From Chthonomonadales bacterium (GTDB taxonomy: Bacteria; Armatimonadota; Chthonomonadetes; Chthonomonadales; CAJBBX01): DNA of 64,000 nucleotides. The translations under genes and the position numbers were made by a program. The notes under the pieces are model-generated. The model was not told the DNA's origin and ran no database searches. It saw only the letters and a program-made list of their open reading frames with translations. This document shows positions 59,051-64,000 of the stretch, one piece after another. Location of the stretch: the NCBI GenBank assembly GCA_037443035.1, contig JBBIPC010000006.1, forward strand, positions 32,001 through 96,000. The letters run 5' to 3'. How positions within the stretch are numbered: position 1 is the stretch's first letter; each line of letters opens with the position of its first letter.

Positions 59051-59079
59051 AGTATAGGACGGCGTGCCAGACTTGTCAA
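59051..59079 (-). promoter_or_regulatory. sigma70 promoter of the DUF1559 gene
   Basis: Minus strand TTGACA-N17-TATACT. Confidence 0.75.
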
Positions 59080-59122
59080 GTAGAACTGCAGAATTCGTGT
59101 GACTCCAGGTGGCGATTGCACG

Positions 59123-59157
59123 CGCGGCCTCGCCTGAGAGTATCAGACGAGGCCGCG
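59123..59157 (-). terminator. strong hairpin downstream of 5S rRNA
   Basis: CGCGGCCTCG-c-CTGA/TCAG-a-CGAGGCCGCG; no clear U-tract. Confidence 0.55.
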
Positions 59158-59166
59158 GAGGATAGA

Positions 59167-59285
<119 letters not shown>

Positions 59286-59372
59286 AGCATGGTGGGAGTG
59301 GAACAGGTGCGAGGCAGCGCCATGGCGTTGCTGGTTTGGAGGCACGGATGTTGGATCCGTGAGGAGTAGTAG

Positions 59373-62306
<2,934 letters not shown>

Positions 62307-62439
62307 GCCTACTTCTCACGGACACAACAAGTCGTGCCCCCAAATCAACAACGTCACCTGCCGCACCCCTTTGGGTAAGATGCGGCTGCCACGCACAACG
62401 TGCGTGGCCGAAGATGCGCTACCTTCTACACCTGTTCAG

Positions 62440-62451
62440 TTGTCAAAGAAC
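62440..62451 (-). promoter_or_regulatory. boxA antitermination element
   Basis: Minus strand GTTCTTTGACAA in the rRNA leader. Confidence 0.75.
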
Positions 62452-62458
62452 CGCTTCG

Positions 62459-63268
62459 CTAGCCGGGCAAGACAGTTGTCTGCTCTCGGCGCACGGCTTG
62501 ACATTCTAGCACCGCTGCTAGGACCATGTCAAGACTTCCACCAGCGATTCTACGAATCTTCGTGGGCGATTCGTTGCCCTCGGACCGCACCGATTCTCCT
62601 GAAGATGCCAGACGGCGCACTATGCGCTCGGCCAGAGCTCGGTGCAGCTCGTCCCGGTCGGGCACGTAACCAAGCTCTTGTTCCAGACTCGTCACATCAT
62701 ACCCGGCGAGCCCGCATGGAACGATCAGCCGAAACCACTGCCGCAGGTCTGCGACGTTCAGGGCGAACCCATGACTGGTAACCCAACGGCGCAGCTTTAT
62801 CCCGATGGCGGCGATCTTCCTATCTGCGATCCACACACCTGTATGCGGAGGGAAGCGGCAGGCGGCCAGACCCAGGGCGCAACACACGTCCAGTATGGCC
62901 CCCTCGAGTTGGCGGAGGTACCAGTGGACGTCGGTTCGTCGGAGACGGAGGTCCACGATCGGGTAGCCGACGATCTGGCCGGGGCCATGGAACGTCACGT
63001 CGCCCCCTCTATCCGTCTCGACAACGGTAACGCCCAGGCGATCGAGCACGTCGGGGCTGGCAAGGAGATGGCGCATATCGGCGGCACGTCCCAGGGTGAT
63101 GGTCGGCGGATGCTCGAGGAGCAGCAGCGTGTCGCCAATTTGGCCGTCGAGGCGCGCTCTCACCAGGCGTTCCTGCAACCGCCAGCTCTCTATATAAGGA
63201 ATAGGACCGAGTGCGAAGACGTCCACGGCGTACCTACCATCGGGTTGTCTCCTGCTCCGTACCCACAT
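62459..63268 (-). CDS. lipB: lipoyl(octanoyl) transferase
   Basis: LLLEHPPTITLG, RGGDVTFHGPGQ, KIAAIG, TSHGFALN, IVPCG; start uncertain. Confidence 0.93.
   Translation of the reverse strand: MWVRSRRQPDGRYAVDVFALGPIPYIESWRLQERLVRARLDGQIGDTLLLLEHPPTITLGRAADMRHLLASPDVLDRLGVTVVETDRGGDVTFHGPGQIVGYPIVDLRLRRTDVHWYLRQLEGAILDVCCALGLAACRFPPHTGVWIADRKIAAIGIKLRRWVTSHGFALNVADLRQWFRLIVPCGLAGYDVTSLEQELGYVPDRDELHRALAERIVRRLASSGESVRSEGNESPTKIRRIAGGSLDMVLAAVLECQAVRREQTTVLPG
62503..62532 (-). promoter_or_regulatory. sigma70 promoter of the 23S-5S operon
   Basis: Minus strand TTGACA-N18-TAGAAT with extended -10 TG. Confidence 0.8.
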
Positions 63269-63358
63269 CCGCGACAGGAAGCAGGGTGATGCCCTATGCT
63301 ACAATACCACCGGAGGCGGGGCCCTCCCGCCCAGTGCTCGAGGAAGGAGATCGCTCTG

Positions 63359-64000
63359 ATGCCCCATACGACCGATCACGACGCAGACATTGTCATCATA
63401 GGTTCTGGCCCGGGCGGCTATGTCGCAGCCATTCGTGCAGCCCAACTGGGCGGCAACGTTGTCTGCGTCGAGAAGGATCCGCAGGGGTGGGGCGGTGTCT
63501 GCCTCAACTGGGGTTGCATTCCTACTAAGACGCTTATTGCTAGTGCCGAGCGGCTACGCGCTGCCAAAGAGGCCGGCCGCGTGGGCGTGCAGGTCGGCGA
63601 CGTCAGCTACGACTTCGGCCAGATCATGGCGCGGAAGAACAAAGTGGTCCAGACACTGCGCGGAGGCGTTCAGTCGCTGCTGAAGTCGAACAAGGTGCGG
63701 CAGATTACGGGGATCGGGCGGATCGAGGACCGCAACGCCGTCGAGGTCACGATGGCCGATGGAAGCAAAGAGCTCGTACGTACTCGGAGCATTATCGTCG
63801 CGACTGGCAGCGAGCCAATCCTTCCGCCCATACCTGGTCTGGAAGGCGAGGGAATCTGGACGAGCAATGAGGCACTGACGGCTGAGAGCGTGCCAGGGCG
63901 TCTGCTGGTCATCGGTGCAGGGGCTGTTGGACTGGAGTTCGCATTCATCTTCAATGCTCTCGGGGCCAGTGTCACCGTGGTAGAAATGATGCCAGAAGTG
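63359..64000 (+). CDS. lpdA: dihydrolipoyl dehydrogenase (truncated by the window end)
   Basis: My translation: IVIIGSGPGGYVAAIRAAQLG...GGVCLNWGCIPTK, IIVATGS, IGAGAVGLEFA; AAGGAG RBS. Confidence 0.93.
   Translation, partial: MPHTTDHDADIVIIGSGPGGYVAAIRAAQLGGNVVCVEKDPQGWGGVCLNWGCIPTKTLIASAERLRAAKEAGRVGVQVGDVSYDFGQIMARKNKVVQTLRGGVQSLLKSNKVRQITGIGRIEDRNAVEVTMADGSKELVRTRSIIVATGSEPILPPIPGLEGEGIWTSNEALTAESVPGRLLVIGAGAVGLEFAFIFNALGASVTVVEMMPEV

Overview
GC-rich bacterial chromosomal window with about 47 CDS, one tRNA-Met, and a 23S-5S rRNA unit with no 16S gene in front of it. The prepilin-type DUF1559 protein, the DUF6785-type membrane protein and the many glycoside-hydrolase-like genes suggest Armatimonadota, but that is inference from protein families. 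Housekeeping genes: folC, ltaE, coaX, mtaB, pyrK/pyrD, holA, rpsT, lipB and a partial lpdA. Sugar genes: fucI, a XylA-like isomerase, GH29, GH116, GH42-like and GH67/GH20-like proteins, a nucleoside MFS permease, a PfkB kinase and a DapA-like aldolase. Modules: DUF302-ArsR-RND-DUF2892; ECF sigma/ZAS anti-sigma/RseB-like; MoxR-DUF58-transglutaminase; and a three-gene pspA operon. I saw no mobile element, CRISPR array or prophage. The most notable observations are: (1) a perfect sigma70 promoter driving a ~270-nt leader with uORFs and mutually exclusive terminator/antiterminator pairings upstream of an HNH nuclease; (2) a Vipp1-like PspA co-encoded with a membrane coiled-coil protein and an HPD-less J-like protein; (3) an ECF promoter motif CGGGAACCC-N14-CGTCCTTA that occurs twice; (4) an unlinked 23S-5S operon whose promoter lies inside the lipB tail; (5) a GH42-like enzyme flanked by disordered Arg-rich tails next to mtaB. 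Family assignments come from recognising motifs by eye, not from database searches. Several start codons were moved from the ORF track using RBS or stop/start overlap evidence.
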